Shown: positions 20,750-31,761 of the stretch, one piece after another | Layout of the letters: the number at the start of each line of letters is the position of its first letter | Position numbering within the stretch: position 1 is the first letter of the stretch | NCBI GenBank assembly: GCA_028383925.1 | Contig: JAOEWO010000007.1 | Span: 15,164-79,163, forward strand | Direction of reading: 5' to 3' | DNA: 64,000 nucleotides | Origin: Winogradskyella sp. | GTDB taxonomy: Bacteria > Bacteroidota > Bacteroidia > Flavobacteriales > Flavobacteriaceae | Notes under the pieces: generated by a model | Database searches by the model: none | The model's input: the letters and a program-made list of their open reading frames with translations, nothing else | Told to the model about the DNA's origin: nothing | Position numbers and translations under genes: made by a program

Positions 20750-21778
20750 ATGGGATTTTTTGATTTCCTAACCGAAGAAATAGCAATAGATTTAGGAACC
20801 GCAAATACATTAATAATCCACAACGACAAAGTTGTTGTTGATAGCCCTTCTATAGTAGCACGAGACCGAATTAGTGGTAAAATTATTGCCGTTGGTAAAG
20901 AGGCCAACATGATGCAAGGTAAAACCCACGAAAACATTAAAACTATTCGCCCTTTAAAAGATGGTGTAATTGCAGATTTTGATGCTTCTGAACAAATGAT
21001 TAGTTTGTTTATTAAGAATATTCCTGCTTTAAAGAAAAAATTCTTTAATCCGGCTTTAAGAATGGTGGTATGTATACCGTCTGGCATTACTGAAGTAGAG
21101 ATGCGTGCTGTAAAAGAATCTTGTGAGCGTGTTAATGGTAAAGAAGTTTATTTAATACACGAGCCAATGGCTGCTGCTATTGGTATTGGTGTAGATATAA
21201 TGCAACCAAAAGGTAATATGATTGTAGATATTGGTGGTGGTACTACCGAAATTGCTGTTATAGCACTTGGTGGTATTGTTTGTGATAAATCTGTAAAAGT
21301 TGCAGGTGATGTGTTTACAAACGATATTATTTACTACATGCGTACGCAACACAATTTATATGTTGGTGACAGAACTGCAGAAAAAATAAAAATTCAAATA
21401 GGTGCTGCAACAGAAGATTTAGAGCTACCACCAGATGATATGAGCGTTCAAGGACGTGACTTATTAACCGGTAAACCTAAACAAGTGCAGATTTCTTACA
21501 GAGAAATAGCAAAAGCTTTAGATAAATCTATTTTAAGAATTGAAGATTCTGTAATGGAGACCTTATCTCAAACTCCGCCAGAATTGGCTGCAGATATTTA
21601 TAACACCGGTATTTACTTGGCCGGAGGAGGTTCTATGTTAAGAGGTTTAGATAAACGGCTTTCTCAAAAAACAGATTTACCAGTTTATATAGCAGAAGAT
21701 CCTTTAAGAGCTGTTGTAAGAGGTACTGGTATTGTGCTTAAAAACTTACCTAAATTTAAAAGCGTATTGATTAAATAA
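20750..21778 (+). CDS. mreB: Rod shape-determining protein MreB
   Basis: IAIDLGTANT, EPMAAAIG, DIGGGTTE, AGGGSMLRGLD. Confidence 0.98.
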   Translation: MGFFDFLTEEIAIDLGTANTLIIHNDKVVVDSPSIVARDRISGKIIAVGKEANMMQGKTHENIKTIRPLKDGVIADFDASEQMISLFIKNIPALKKKFFNPALRMVVCIPSGITEVEMRAVKESCERVNGKEVYLIHEPMAAAIGIGVDIMQPKGNMIVDIGGGTTEIAVIALGGIVCDKSVKVAGDVFTNDIIYYMRTQHNLYVGDRTAEKIKIQIGAATEDLELPPDDMSVQGRDLLTGKPKQVQISYREIAKALDKSILRIEDSVMETLSQTPPELAADIYNTGIYLAGGGSMLRGLDKRLSQKTDLPVYIAEDPLRAVVRGTGIVLKNLPKFKSVLIK

Positions 21779-21789
21779 AAGCGTAAATA

Positions 21790-22611
21790 ATGCAACAAAT
21801 TTTAAATTTTGTTATTAGAAACAAAACCTTTCTGTTGTTTTTATTGCTTTTTGGTATTTCACTTGCGCTAACAATTCAGTCGCATTCTTATCATAGAAGT
21901 AAATTTATTAATTCGGCCAACGGATTAACAGGTGGTGTTTATGGTACATTTAACTCAATTGAAAAATACTTCGACTTAAAAGATCAAAACAATATTTTAG
22001 TTGAAGAAAACAAATATTTAAGAAAACTGCTATTTAATTCTAAAACCACAATAGATTCAACGTATATAGACACAACATTTATTGGGTCTAGGTATAATGT
22101 TACTATTGCAGAAGTTTATAAAAATAGTTATTCATTAAGCAATAATTATCTTACAATAAATAAAGGTTTAAAACACGGTATTAAACAAGATTTTGGTGTA
22201 ATTACATCAAAAGGAATTGTTGGCATAGTAGATAACACCTCTAATAACTACGCTACAGTGCTCTCTATTTTAAATAAAAAGAGTGGAATTAATGCTAAGT
22301 TAAAATCAACAAATCATATTGGGTCATTAAGATGGAATGGTAAATCTGCTCAGCATGTGCAACTAGAGGATGTTTCAAATTTTGCACCAGTAAAGGTTGG
22401 TGATACTATTGAAACTGGTGGAGAATCTTCAATTTTCCCAAAAGGTATCGGTATTGGTAGTGTTGAAAGTTATCTTACAGATATAAGTGGTGACACCTTC
22501 ACTATAGAGATAAAGCTATTTAACGATATGTCTAATATTGGTAACGTTTATATATTAGAAGATTTAGATAGACAAGAAATTGAAACTTTAGAGAATCAAA
22601 GTAATGAATAA
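21790..22611 (+). CDS. mreC: Rod shape-determining protein MreC
   Basis: N-terminal TM, coiled coil, TINKG, GIVGIV, SIFPKGIGIG; operon position. Confidence 0.95.
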   Translation: MQQILNFVIRNKTFLLFLLLFGISLALTIQSHSYHRSKFINSANGLTGGVYGTFNSIEKYFDLKDQNNILVEENKYLRKLLFNSKTTIDSTYIDTTFIGSRYNVTIAEVYKNSYSLSNNYLTINKGLKHGIKQDFGVITSKGIVGIVDNTSNNYATVLSILNKKSGINAKLKSTNHIGSLRWNGKSAQHVQLEDVSNFAPVKVGDTIETGGESSIFPKGIGIGSVESYLTDISGDTFTIEIKLFNDMSNIGNVYILEDLDRQEIETLENQSNE

Positions 22612-23110
22612 TGTAGTTGCAACACATATAATTAGATTTATACTACTTGTGTTAATACAAGTAACGATCTGCAATAACATTAACTTTTTAGGATTTATAA
22701 ACCCATATATTTATATAATTTTTATATTATTATTTCCAATCAGAGATACCAGAATTCAACTCTTATTAGTCAGTTTTCTATTGGGTATGTTAATAGATCT
22801 TTTCTCAGATTCTGGTGGTGTACATGCCGCAGCTTCTGTAGTTTTAGCCTACACTAGACCCGTAATTTTAAAGACATCTTTCGGTATGTTATACGAGCAC
22901 AAAACTATAAAATTTAGTAATACAGATGTTGGTCATCTTATTACATATGTAACGTTAGCTACCATTTTACATCATACCATTATGTTTTCACTAGAAATAT
23001 TTAACGTTTCTAACATAATTTTAATACTTAAAAAAACGTTGTTCTCTAGTATTTTTACTATAATAGTGAGTGTACTGATAATAATTCTGTTTAGCCGAAA
23101 TCGAAAATGA
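22604..23110 (+). CDS. mreD: Rod shape-determining protein MreD
   Basis: Hydrophobic, INPYIY, DLFSDSGGVHAAA; between mreC and mrdA. Confidence 0.9.
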   Translation: MNNVVATHIIRFILLVLIQVTICNNINFLGFINPYIYIIFILLFPIRDTRIQLLLVSFLLGMLIDLFSDSGGVHAAASVVLAYTRPVILKTSFGMLYEHKTIKFSNTDVGHLITYVTLATILHHTIMFSLEIFNVSNIILILKKTLFSSIFTIIVSVLIIILFSRNRK

Positions 23111-25047
23111 GAAAATTGTTACTCTTAACCACTGTTGTTTTAGTTGGTCTCGTTTTTATTGCGCGTTTATTTTACCTGCAAGTTTATAATAACTCTGCGT
23201 ACAGTATTTTTGAAGACAATGCTATTAGAAAAGTCTATAATTACCCAAAACGCGGTTATGTCTACGACAGAAATGGAAAACTTTTAGTTGCCAACCAACC
23301 TTCTTACGATGTTATGGTAATTCCTAGAGAGGTTGAACCTATGGACAGCTCAGACTTAACAGAATTCTGTAGGTTATTAAAAATTACTGAAGAAGAATAT
23401 ACAAAAAAGCTAAAAAGAGCAACACGATACTCACCAAGATTACCATCACCTTTTGTACCACAACTTTCAAAAAAGGATTATGCTGTACTACAAGAAAAAA
23501 TGCGAAAATTTGAAGGTTTTTATATTCAAAAGCGATCTTTAAGATCTTACCAAACCACTATAGGCGCAAATGTTTTAGGGGATATCGCAGAAGTAAATCG
23601 TCGTATTATTGCAAAACAACCATATTATAAGTTAGGTGACTTAATAGGAAACCAAGGAGTTGAAAAGACTTACGAGACTACTTTGAGAGGTGTTAAAGGG
23701 ATTAAATTTATTCAAAAAGACCGTTTTAATAAAAACATCGGTCCGTATAAAGACGGCATTTACGATACGTTACCAAAACCAGGAAAAAACATTACAATTA
23801 CCATAGATGCACGCTTACAAGCTTATGGTGAATTATTAATGCGAAATAAACGTGGTGGTATAATTGCAATTGAACCAAATTCAGGTGAAATATTAGCAAT
23901 GATCAGTGGCCCATCATACAACCCAAATCTTCTTGTAGGTAGAGAACGTTCGGGTAACTTTAAGAAATTATATAACGATAGCATTTCAAAACCATTATTT
24001 GATAGAGGTCTTCAAGCCATGTATCCGCCAGGCTCACCGTTTAAAACACTTAATGCATTAATTGCGTTACAAGAAGGGGTTGTTACTACAGAAGAGCGTT
24101 TTAGTTGTGCAATGGGCTATAAGTATGGAAACAGAAAAATGGGATGCCACGCCCATAAAAGTCCTGCAAACATGAATATAGGCATATACGAATCTTGTAA
24201 TGCTTATTTTGCTAATATTTACAGAAGAATAATAGACAAATATGAGTCGCCTGCAGAAGGTATGGATAATTGGAGTAAACATATTAAAAGTTTCGGTTTA
24301 GGAAATTATTTAAACAATGATTTAGCTGTTGGTCAGCCAGGTAAAGTTCCTAATGCTGCTACTTACAACAAAGGTTATGGCAAAAATAAGTGGTATACTA
24401 CATTTACTATTTCTAATGCTATTGGCCAAGGTGAAGTTTTAGCAACGCCAATTCAATTAGCAAATATGGCTGCTGCTATTGGCAATCGCGGTTATTACTA
24501 CACGCCTCATATTATTAAAAATATTGAAGGTGACACGGTACCAAGTCAATATACAACGCCTAAATACACTACTATAGACAAAAAACATTTTGAACCTGTA
24601 GTACAAGGCATGTTTGATGTTTACAATAAAGGAACTGCAAAATCTCTGCAAATTAAAGATATTGAAATCTGTGGTAAAACAGGTACAGCCGAAAATTATG
24701 CAATTATAGATAATGTAAAGACACAGTTAACAGATCACTCTATTTTTGTAGCCTTTGCACCAAAGGATAACCCCAAAATAGCTATAGCGGTTTTTGTAGA
24801 AAACGGATATTATGGGAGTCGTTTTGCTGGCAGAATGGCAAGTTTAATGATAGAGCGCTATCTTAAAGGTGAAATTTCTAGACCAGATATGGAAAACTTT
24901 GTATTAAGATATTCTTTAGAGCACGAGTATGAAAAGCCCTATTTAGTTAAGTCTTTTGGCATTAATAAACAAACTAAATTAGTACCTATTGATGACCAAG
25001 AGTTTCAAAATATTATGAAGCTAAAATCAGAAATTCCAAAGTCATAA
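23107..25047 (+). CDS. mrdA: Penicillin-binding protein 2
   Basis: RGYVYDRNG, PGSPFK (SxxK), SCN, KTGT. Confidence 0.95.
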   Translation: MRKLLLLTTVVLVGLVFIARLFYLQVYNNSAYSIFEDNAIRKVYNYPKRGYVYDRNGKLLVANQPSYDVMVIPREVEPMDSSDLTEFCRLLKITEEEYTKKLKRATRYSPRLPSPFVPQLSKKDYAVLQEKMRKFEGFYIQKRSLRSYQTTIGANVLGDIAEVNRRIIAKQPYYKLGDLIGNQGVEKTYETTLRGVKGIKFIQKDRFNKNIGPYKDGIYDTLPKPGKNITITIDARLQAYGELLMRNKRGGIIAIEPNSGEILAMISGPSYNPNLLVGRERSGNFKKLYNDSISKPLFDRGLQAMYPPGSPFKTLNALIALQEGVVTTEERFSCAMGYKYGNRKMGCHAHKSPANMNIGIYESCNAYFANIYRRIIDKYESPAEGMDNWSKHIKSFGLGNYLNNDLAVGQPGKVPNAATYNKGYGKNKWYTTFTISNAIGQGEVLATPIQLANMAAAIGNRGYYYTPHIIKNIEGDTVPSQYTTPKYTTIDKKHFEPVVQGMFDVYNKGTAKSLQIKDIEICGKTGTAENYAIIDNVKTQLTDHSIFVAFAPKDNPKIAIAVFVENGYYGSRFAGRMASLMIERYLKGEISRPDMENFVLRYSLEHEYEKPYLVKSFGINKQTKLVPIDDQEFQNIMKLKSEIPKS

Positions 25048-25050
25048 CAA

Positions 25051-26331
25051 ATGTTAAGAGAAAACCAAAGACGCTTTAAGTTTGACTGGCTTACTATAAT
25101 TTTATTTTTACTTTTAATTAGTTTTGGGTACTTAAATATTTTATCAGCCTCTCATGTAGGGGAAATAACCAGCTACTTTGATCCTACACAACTCTACGGA
25201 AAACACCTCATCTTTGTTGGCCTTACGTTTGTACTAATTGTTTTTATACTCTCTTTTGAAGCTAAGTTTTACGAGCGGTTTGCTAGCATTATATACATCG
25301 TAGCTATTTTAGCATTAGTGGGTTTATTTCTGTTTGGTAAAGACGTTAATGGTGCAAGATCATGGTATGGCATTGGTAGTATGACCATACAACCTAGTGA
25401 GTTTGCTAAGTTTGCAACAGCCCTTGCTGTAGCAAAGTATGTTAGCGATCTTGAAACTAATATGCAAACACTTAAAGACCAGCTAAGAGTTGTCGCTATT
25501 ATCTTAACACCAGCGATCCTTATATTACTTCAAAATGATGCTGGTAGTACTATTGTTTACCTTACTTTTTTCTTTGTTTTTTATAGAGAGGGATTACAAC
25601 AAATATACCTAGTGGTTGCTTTATCATTAATTGCTATAGCTGTGTTAGCTTTAAAATTTGGTGTTTTAATTGCTGCAGCAGTGGCACTATTGGTTTTAAT
25701 TACCCGGTATTTTCTTAGAAAGAATAAACGTGCTTCTGTACTTCAGTATATTTTAGTACTAGCGGTTTGTATAGGTTTTTCTTATGGTGTAAGATTATTT
25801 TATGAACATGTCTTAAAAGAACACCAACAAAATAGAATTAGCTTGTGGTTACGTTTAGAAAAAGACCCAGCTAAGCTAGAATTAATGAAGAAACGCGAGG
25901 CCTATAACCTTATACAATCTGAACAAGCTATAAGCTCTGGTGGGTGGACAGGCAAAGGCTTTTTACAAGGTACACGAACCACAGGTAAGTTTGTACCAGA
26001 ACAACACACCGATTACATCTTTAGCACCGTTGGTGAAGAATGGGGTTTTTGGGGAAGTACTTTTGTGGTACTATTATTTGTAACACTTATTGTAAGAATA
26101 CTTTATTTAGCCGAAACTCAAAAATCACAATTTAGCCGTGTATATGGTTATGGTGTTGCTTCTATATTTTTTATTCATTTTACTATTAATACAGGTATGG
26201 TAATGGGCTTAATACCTACTGTTGGTATTCCTTTACCGTTTTTTAGCTATGGTGGCTCTGGGCTTTGGGGCTTCACTATTTTACTTTTTATTTTTGTAAA
26301 ACTAGACAGCAATAAGATTAACGAATGGTAA
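25051..26331 (+). CDS. rodA: Rod shape-determining protein RodA (SEDS glycosyltransferase)
   Basis: IQPSEFAK, VPEQHTDYIF, GIPLPFFSYGGS. Confidence 0.96.
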   Translation: MLRENQRRFKFDWLTIILFLLLISFGYLNILSASHVGEITSYFDPTQLYGKHLIFVGLTFVLIVFILSFEAKFYERFASIIYIVAILALVGLFLFGKDVNGARSWYGIGSMTIQPSEFAKFATALAVAKYVSDLETNMQTLKDQLRVVAIILTPAILILLQNDAGSTIVYLTFFFVFYREGLQQIYLVVALSLIAIAVLALKFGVLIAAAVALLVLITRYFLRKNKRASVLQYILVLAVCIGFSYGVRLFYEHVLKEHQQNRISLWLRLEKDPAKLELMKKREAYNLIQSEQAISSGGWTGKGFLQGTRTTGKFVPEQHTDYIFSTVGEEWGFWGSTFVVLLFVTLIVRILYLAETQKSQFSRVYGYGVASIFFIHFTINTGMVMGLIPTVGIPLPFFSYGGSGLWGFTILLFIFVKLDSNKINEW

Positions 26332-26336
26332 ATAAA

Positions 26337-26362
26337 AAAGATTGCCATCTCTGACAATCTTT
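26337..26362. terminator. Probable bidirectional terminator after rodA
   Basis: AAAGATTGCCA-tctc-TGACAATCTTT with one mismatch, between convergent genes. Confidence 0.6.
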
Positions 26363-26392
26363 AAATATGAATCTAAATTTTAAAAAACAAAA

Positions 26393-26596
26393 TTATGTAA
26401 TTTTTGGTTCTTTAAAAGTAATAGACATTATATAAAGAAAGACACCAATCACCGGCAAACACAGTACTAATACTAACCAAAATACTTTACTTGTAAGTTT
26501 CATCTGTGATCTTTGCACAACGATACACAGAAACAGTATAATTAGTATGTAACAACCTATGAATAATTTTACCAATTCTGAATCTACCAAACTCAT
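26393..26596 (-). CDS. Small two-TM protein, PLDc_N-like
   Basis: KVFWLVLVLCLPVIGVFLY resembles the PLDc N-terminal helical hairpin. Confidence 0.55.
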   Translation of the reverse strand: MSLVDSELVKLFIGCYILIILFLCIVVQRSQMKLTSKVFWLVLVLCLPVIGVFLYIMSITFKEPKIT

Positions 26597-26684
26597 GATG
26601 TCTTTATATATTATTTATATCTTAAAATCTAATGACTAACTAACTCAAATTCAACTTTTAGATATAAATCTTAATAACCAATTT

Positions 26685-28169
26685 TTATTGCCCTTGACCT
26701 AGCGAGTAACCCCTTACACCATCAAAAGTGTATAAGTTTTCTGTCTTAATAGCATCAATATTATTTGACATTGCTGATTTTAGAATATCAATTATGCTTT
26801 CTTTTGATAGATCTTCACCGTCTTTAGCCAAATACCTACAGCGCCAATGATCTGTGCAAAATGTTTCACTAAAACCGTTTGGCCAGACCTTTACCCCTCT
26901 ATTAGTAATAAGAGAAAGCTCTAACGCTTCATTATTTAATTTTTTTAATTGATCTGCCAAAACATTAGCGTCATACCCGTTCCAATCTACAAACAGATCT
27001 ACACCAACAACGTTTTTAGTTTTTGAAGGTTTTCTTTGGTATTTTGGTAATACTAAAGGGGTGTTATCCTCATAAAACACTTCTGGCAACTGCTTGGGCT
27101 TATTTCCTAAATTAGTAATAATAGCCTCAGCAAATTCTTTTGTCCCAACACGTTTAGTACTCATTATTGGATCATAAATATCATTTGTATGGACACCATC
27201 TTCTATTGTTCTTAACCAAGCATTCTGTATCTTTTCGGCCACATCACTCTTACCTATATGATTAAGCATCATAACCGCACCATTTAATAAACCTGAAGGA
27301 TTTGCAACATTTTTACCCGCTATATTTGGTGCAGAACCATGAATAGCTTCAAACATTGAGCACTCTTCTCCTATATTAGCAGAGCCAGCTAAACCAACAG
27401 ATCCTGTAATTTGTGCTGCAATATCAGAGACGACATCGCCATATAAATTGGGCATTACAATAACATCAAAATCTTCTGGAGAATCAGCAACTAAAGCAGC
27501 ACCAATATCAACAATCCAATGTTCGTTTATAATTTCTGGGTAGCGAGAGGCCACCTCATCAAATACTTGGTGAAACAAACCATCTGTTTGTTTCATTATA
27601 TTGTCTTTTGTAAAGCAGGTTACCTTTTTGCGGCCATACTTCTTGGCATACTCAAAAGCATAAGTCACAATTTTTTCGCAACCTGGTCTGCTAATTAATT
27701 TAAGACATTGTGCCACCTCATCGGTCTGTTGGTGCTCTATACCTGCATATAAATCTTCTTCGTTTTCTCTAATAATAACCAAATCCATTTCTGGGTGTTT
27801 GGTCGTAACAAAAGGGTGTAAACTTCTACATGGTCTCACATTAGAATATAATCCTAAAGTTTTACGCATCGTTACATTTAAGCTTTTATACCCACCACCT
27901 TGAGGTGTTGTAATAGGTGCTTTAAGCAGAACTTTATTTCGTCTTATAGTTTCCCAAGCTTCATCTGAAATTCCGGTAGAGTTGCCAGAGAGATATACTT
28001 TTTCACCAACTTCAATTTCTTCAAAAGTTAAATCTGCACCTGCAGCATTAAGAATACTTAACGTGGCGTCCATAATTTCTGGACCTATGCCATCTCCTTT
28101 TGCTAGTGATACTTTTATTATAATTACAGTAGTTTTTATTACACCGCAAAGATGAATATAAAATACCAT
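26685..28169 (-). CDS. icd: NADP-dependent isocitrate dehydrogenase (form with C-terminal extension); true start uncertain
   Basis: GDGIGPEIM, KAPITTPQGGGYKSLNV, RENEEDLYAGIE, PNLYGD, EAIHGSAP, TDHWRCR, YSLGQGQ. Confidence 0.9.
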   Translation of the reverse strand: MVFYIHLCGVIKTTVIIIKVSLAKGDGIGPEIMDATLSILNAAGADLTFEEIEVGEKVYLSGNSTGISDEAWETIRRNKVLLKAPITTPQGGGYKSLNVTMRKTLGLYSNVRPCRSLHPFVTTKHPEMDLVIIRENEEDLYAGIEHQQTDEVAQCLKLISRPGCEKIVTYAFEYAKKYGRKKVTCFTKDNIMKQTDGLFHQVFDEVASRYPEIINEHWIVDIGAALVADSPEDFDVIVMPNLYGDVVSDIAAQITGSVGLAGSANIGEECSMFEAIHGSAPNIAGKNVANPSGLLNGAVMMLNHIGKSDVAEKIQNAWLRTIEDGVHTNDIYDPIMSTKRVGTKEFAEAIITNLGNKPKQLPEVFYEDNTPLVLPKYQRKPSKTKNVVGVDLFVDWNGYDANVLADQLKKLNNEALELSLITNRGVKVWPNGFSETFCTDHWRCRYLAKDGEDLSKESIIDILKSAMSNNIDAIKTENLYTFDGVRGYSLGQGQ

Positions 28170-28296
28170 ATAGTTTTATATATGTTTTTTATACAAATCA
28201 TTAATACAATTTATGTATTAAACAAAAACACATATAAACACTAGGATTTATTAACTACAATAATCATAAATCAGTCTTTATTTTAAGAACATTTAA

Positions 28297-30948
28297 CTAA
28301 CCTAAACTCGCTAAACTACTTTTTATAGTTTCAATTTTGGCTAAAGCATCTGCTTCTTTCTTCTTTTCTGAAGCAACAACTTGCTCTGGTGCACCTGCAA
28401 CAAAACGTTCGTTAGATAATTTTTTCTGAACAGACTTTAAAAATCCTTCGGTATAGCTTAACTCTTCGGTAAGTTTGGCAATTTCTGCCTCTACATCTAT
28501 ACTCCCTTCCATAGGTATAAAGTACTCGTTAGATTTTACACGATAGGTTAATGCGCCTTCTACAGCTTCTGTTACATAATTAAAACTACTTAAATTACCT
28601 AATTTAGAAATTACATCATCAAAAGTTGTAGCCACATTTTCGCTATTTACAACAGAGAAACCAATAGCATCTTTAAAAGCAATGTTCTTTTGTTTTCTTA
28701 TATTTCTTAATCCTGAAATAACTTCTGACGCAAAATCGAATTCAGAAATCAACGTTTCATTAATTGGTTTAGCTTCTGGCCATTTTGAAATAATTAAAGC
28801 TTCCTCTGGCGAGCGTTCTTTTATATAATGCCAAATTTCTTCGGTTAAGAATGGCATAAACGGATGTAATATTTTTAAAATATCTTCAAAAATCGTTGTA
28901 ACACTTTTTAGTGTTATAGCATCAATAGGCTGTTGGTATGCTGGTTTTACTATTTCTAGTAACCACGAAGCAAAATCATCCCAAATTAATTTGTACGTTG
29001 CCATAAGGGCATCGCTTAGTCTGTATTTACTAAAGTGATCTTCTATTTCAACAATAGTTTGCTGAAACTTAGAGTTAAACCACTCAACTGCTATTTTACT
29101 TGAGTTAGGCTGGCTTATGGTTGTATCTAATTCCCATCCTTGTACTAACCTAAAGGCATTCCATATTTTATTGGCAAATTGTTTTCCTTGCTGGCAAAGG
29201 TCTTCATCAAACATTAAATCGTTTCCGGCAGCAGAACTTAATAAAAGGCCTACTCTTACACCATCTGCACCATAATCTTCAATTAATTTTAGAGCATCAG
29301 GAGAATTTCCTAAAGACTTAGACATTTTTCGTCTTTGCTTATCTCTTACTAATCCGGTGAGGTAAACATTTTCGAACGGTCGTTCATCTTTATATTCATA
29401 CCCAGCAACAATCATACGTGCTACCCAAAAGAAAAGAATATCTGGCCCTGTTACTAAATCATTAGTTGGGTAATAGTATTTTATTTCTTCGTTTTCAGGA
29501 TTTCTAATACCATCAAAAACACTCATAGGCCATAGCCACGAAGAGAACCAAGTATCTAGTGCGTCTGTATCTTGTCGTAAATCTTCAATTTTAAAAGTCG
29601 TCGCTAATGCGCTCGAGCTAGCAGCAAGTTTTTCTTTAGCAAGTTTAAATGCGGCTTCCCTAGTCTCTGCTACTACAAAATCTTCTTTACCATCACCGTA
29701 GAAATAAGCTGGTATTTGCTGTCCCCAAAGTAATTGGCGAGAAATATTCCAATCACGGATATTCTCCATCCAATGGCGATAGGTGTTTTCAAATTTTTTA
29801 GGAAAGAGTTTTACCTCACCTGTCTTTAAAACTGCATCAATAGCTGGTTTTGCTAAGTCTTCCATTTTTAAAAACCATTGATCACTTAATCTTGGTTCTA
29901 TTACGGCTTTGGTTCTTTCTGAAGTTCCTACTTTATTGGTATGACTTTCAGTTTTTACTAAAATCCCAGCAGCTTCCAATTCTTTAGTTACTGCTTTTCT
30001 AACTACAAAACGATCTTGACCTTCGTAATGCATCCCAAAGCTATTTAAACTCGCATCTGCATTAAAAATATCAACCACTTCAAGATGGTGTTTATCACCT
30101 AACACTTTATCATTTTCATCATGAGCAGGCGTTACTTTAAGACATCCTGTTCCGAATTCAATATCCACGTATTCATCTTCAATAATAGGAATAACGCGAC
30201 CGCAAATTGGTACAATTGCCTTTTTACCTTTTAGGTGCGTAAAGCGTTCATCGTTTGGATTGATACAAATTGCAGTATCACCAAAAATAGTTTCAGGACG
30301 TGTTGTTGCTATGGTAAGTTTTTGGTCACTCCCTTCAATCTTATATTCTAAATAATATAGTAGACCTTGTCTTTCTTCGTGTACAACCTCTTCATCAGAC
30401 AAAGTTGTTTGAGCTTCCGGATCCCAATTTACCATGCGGTATCCTCTATAAATTAAACCCTTGTTGTGTAAATCTACAAAGACTTTAATAACGGCTTCAG
30501 ACATGTCATCATCCATCGTAAATTTAGTACGTTCCCAATCACAAGAACACCCTAGTTTTTTAAGTTGTTCTAATATAACACCACCATACTCTTCTGTCCA
30601 ATCCCAAGCATGCTCTAAAAATTCGTCTCGGGTTAAATCGTTTTTATCTATGCCCTGCACTTTTAATCTTGCAACTACTTTAGCTTCTGTAGCTATAGAA
30701 GCATGATCTGTTCCTGGTACCCAACATGCATTTTTACCTAATAAACGAGCACGACGTATTAATACATCTTGTATAGTGTTGTTTAACATGTGGCCCATGT
30801 GTAAAATCCCAGTAACGTTTGGTGGTGGAATTACAATGGTATAAGGCTCTCTATTATCTGGTTTTGAGTGGAAATAATTATGTTCCATCCAGTAGTTATA
30901 CCACTTTTGTTCTATTGAAAATGCATTATATTTTGATGGGATATCCAT
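28297..30948 (-). CDS. valS: Valine--tRNA ligase
   Basis: [28 protein letters not shown]-terminal coiled coil. Confidence 0.98.
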   Translation of the reverse strand: MDIPSKYNAFSIEQKWYNYWMEHNYFHSKPDNREPYTIVIPPPNVTGILHMGHMLNNTIQDVLIRRARLLGKNACWVPGTDHASIATEAKVVARLKVQGIDKNDLTRDEFLEHAWDWTEEYGGVILEQLKKLGCSCDWERTKFTMDDDMSEAVIKVFVDLHNKGLIYRGYRMVNWDPEAQTTLSDEEVVHEERQGLLYYLEYKIEGSDQKLTIATTRPETIFGDTAICINPNDERFTHLKGKKAIVPICGRVIPIIEDEYVDIEFGTGCLKVTPAHDENDKVLGDKHHLEVVDIFNADASLNSFGMHYEGQDRFVVRKAVTKELEAAGILVKTESHTNKVGTSERTKAVIEPRLSDQWFLKMEDLAKPAIDAVLKTGEVKLFPKKFENTYRHWMENIRDWNISRQLLWGQQIPAYFYGDGKEDFVVAETREAAFKLAKEKLAASSSALATTFKIEDLRQDTDALDTWFSSWLWPMSVFDGIRNPENEEIKYYYPTNDLVTGPDILFFWVARMIVAGYEYKDERPFENVYLTGLVRDKQRRKMSKSLGNSPDALKLIEDYGADGVRVGLLLSSAAGNDLMFDEDLCQQGKQFANKIWNAFRLVQGWELDTTISQPNSSKIAVEWFNSKFQQTIVEIEDHFSKYRLSDALMATYKLIWDDFASWLLEIVKPAYQQPIDAITLKSVTTIFEDILKILHPFMPFLTEEIWHYIKERSPEEALIISKWPEAKPINETLISEFDFASEVISGLRNIRKQKNIAFKDAIGFSVVNSENVATTFDDVISKLGNLSSFNYVTEAVEGALTYRVKSNEYFIPMEGSIDVEAEIAKLTEELSYTEGFLKSVQKKLSNERFVAGAPEQVVASEKKKEADALAKIETIKSSLASLG

Positions 30949-31132
30949 ATTTTGGTATTGTTTTTGCTAAGTAATAGACAAAAGTACTTATATTTCTTTT
31001 TTCGAAAAATTATTACGTGACTTATATGTGAGTAAAACCACAAATACTGTTAAAAGCTATGTATTAGGTCTAAATAATTTTGATGAGACTTAAAAAGTAA
31101 GTAATTTTGATAGTATCAATTAAAAATTTATA

Positions 31133-31561
31133 ATGATGAAAAATTTAATAACAATTTTATTTGTAGGCTTAATTAGCATAGGTTCTTATGCGCAAGAAAA
31201 AGTAGCAAAGATTGAGTTTAAAACAAACATAATTGATTACGGCACCATAGAAAAAGGCGCCAATGGTGTTAGAGTTTTTGAATTTACAAACACAGGCAAC
31301 GCACCTTTAATAATTTCTAGTGTTAAATCTACATGTGGTTGTACAGTTCCTAAAAAACCAAAAGGACCAATTATGCCTGGTGAAACTGGAGAAATTGAAG
31401 TAAAATACGACACCAACAGAGTTAACCCAATTAGAAAAACAATTACTGTTATCTCTAATGCTGAAACACCTACTGTAGCGTTAAAAATAAAAGGTTTAAT
31501 AATAGACCCAAATAAAACAAGTGTTTTAGAAAAGAAAGAAAAAAGTATGATTGAACAATAA
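31133..31561 (+). CDS. DUF1573 domain secreted protein
   Basis: Signal peptide, FEFTNTGNAPLII, STCGCTVP, PGETGEIEVKY; TAATTTTG -7 element at 31102-31109. Confidence 0.88.
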   Translation: MMKNLITILFVGLISIGSYAQEKVAKIEFKTNIIDYGTIEKGANGVRVFEFTNTGNAPLIISSVKSTCGCTVPKKPKGPIMPGETGEIEVKYDTNRVNPIRKTITVISNAETPTVALKIKGLIIDPNKTSVLEKKEKSMIEQ

Positions 31562-31583
31562 AAATTCAATCTTTAAATATTTT

Positions 31584-31620
31584 AATAAGCTCTCAATTTT
31601 TTTGAGAGCTTATTTTTTTT
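31584..31620 (+). terminator. Intrinsic terminator
   Basis: AATAAGCTCTCAA / TTGAGAGCTTATT plus T run. Confidence 0.85.
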
Positions 31621-31761
31621 AAAAATTTAACCAAATGATTCCTTTATAAAAATGTAAAGTTTGGGCACAAAAAATATAACTTTATCTCGATAGATTTTTT
31701 TACTAAAATTTATTAGTAGTTTTTGAGAAATTTCGGAACTTAGCATCTTAAAAATTATACT

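Noticed and set aside
26343-26356. TGCCA-TCTC-TGACA as a third copy of the groES/miaB operator
   Set aside because: Different spacing and orientation; it is the stem of a terminator between convergent genes
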